Origin: a bacterium
Lineage (GTDB): Bacteria; UBA9089; JAHJRX01
NCBI GenBank assembly: GCA_018830565.1
Contig: JAHJRX010000043.1
Location: 9,755 to 73,754 of the forward strand
Length of the DNA stretch: 64,000 bases
Reading direction: 5' to 3'
The notes below the pieces were generated by a model. It worked only from the letters and a program-made list of their open reading frames with translations, did not search any database and had not been told where the DNA came from. Positions 63,870-64,000 of the stretch are shown here, piece after piece (position 1 is the first letter of the stretch; each line of letters starts with the position of its first letter). A program made the position numbers and the translations under genes.

Positions 63870-63914
63870 CCTCAAAAACAAAAAACCCAACCTTCACTAA
63901 GAAGATTGGGTTTT
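63870..63914 (-). terminator. rho-independent terminator for the gene upstream of cbiMN (beyond the window end)
   Basis: aaaacccaa / ttgggtttt 9-bp stem with a 15-nt loop, followed on the minus strand by TTTGTTTTTG. Confidence 0.55.
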
Positions 63915-64000
63915 ATTTCCCTTTCATTTCCTTCCCGCGAAGATATAAGATTAGGTAATCGACCGGACTTGTCACTAACTAAGTGATATTACCGTTGCGG

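Noticed and set aside
63756-64000. Cobalamin riboswitch upstream of cbiMN
   Set aside because: No B12-box-like (GCCACTG) or conserved riboswitch core could be recognised on the minus strand. The leader is short and contains a promoter, an inverted repeat and an RBS. It should still be confirmed with a covariance-model scan.

Overview
All gene calls come from reading the ORF translations for family motifs; no searches were run, and GC statements are by-eye estimates, not computed values. The window is a 64-kb bacterial segment with two compositionally distinct halves. The first ~33.5 kb is very AT-rich and carries housekeeping and regulatory genes. Almost all of these are on the minus strand: murA (partial), prmC, prfA, thyX, rpmE, a LysM/M23 peptidase, rho, argS, an S1C protease, wtpAB-like tungstate/molybdate ABC components, a J-domain/HEAT protein, a CHASE2 adenylate cyclase with a FecR-domain partner, an FGE-sulfatase-domain protein and an NtrY-like two-component system. 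The plus-strand block is a Bacillus-type long SRP RNA, dnaX, a GT4 / radical-SAM-SPASM / GT2 / methyltransferase cluster, ccdA and a Memo-like protein. Five copies of a ~115-bp MITE-like element with ~22-bp terminal inverted repeats sit in the intergenic spacers of this half, plus one solo TIR fragment. From ~33.6 kb to the end the sequence is clearly more GC-rich and is one uninterrupted minus-strand corrinoid/metal supercluster. It runs cobO, cbiH, cbiG, cbiF, a fused corrin methylase, a CobF-like methylase, a DUF4143 AAA ATPase, cbiO and cbiQ. Then come a 1372-aa CobN-like paralog with a C-terminal membrane anchor, an ExbD-like DUF2149 protein, ExbB/MotA, a membrane protein and TonB. The cluster continues with a BtuCD/FecCDE-like importer, an ABC-2 pair, an AT-rich NYN-domain insertion, a BtuF-like binding protein, a ChlI/ChlD fusion, a second canonical CobN, a TonB-dependent receptor with a textbook sigma70 promoter, and a CbiM-CbiN fusion. 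This half is full of hairpin-forming repeat arrays with 7-nt periodicity (AATTGCG, CTGACTT/TCCTGAC, GGTAATC, CTGCCGA, CGCAGAG). They occur in spacers and also in frame inside coding regions: two insertions in cobN, the CbiM-CbiN linker, the CbiO N-terminal extension, and both termini of the CobN-like paralog.
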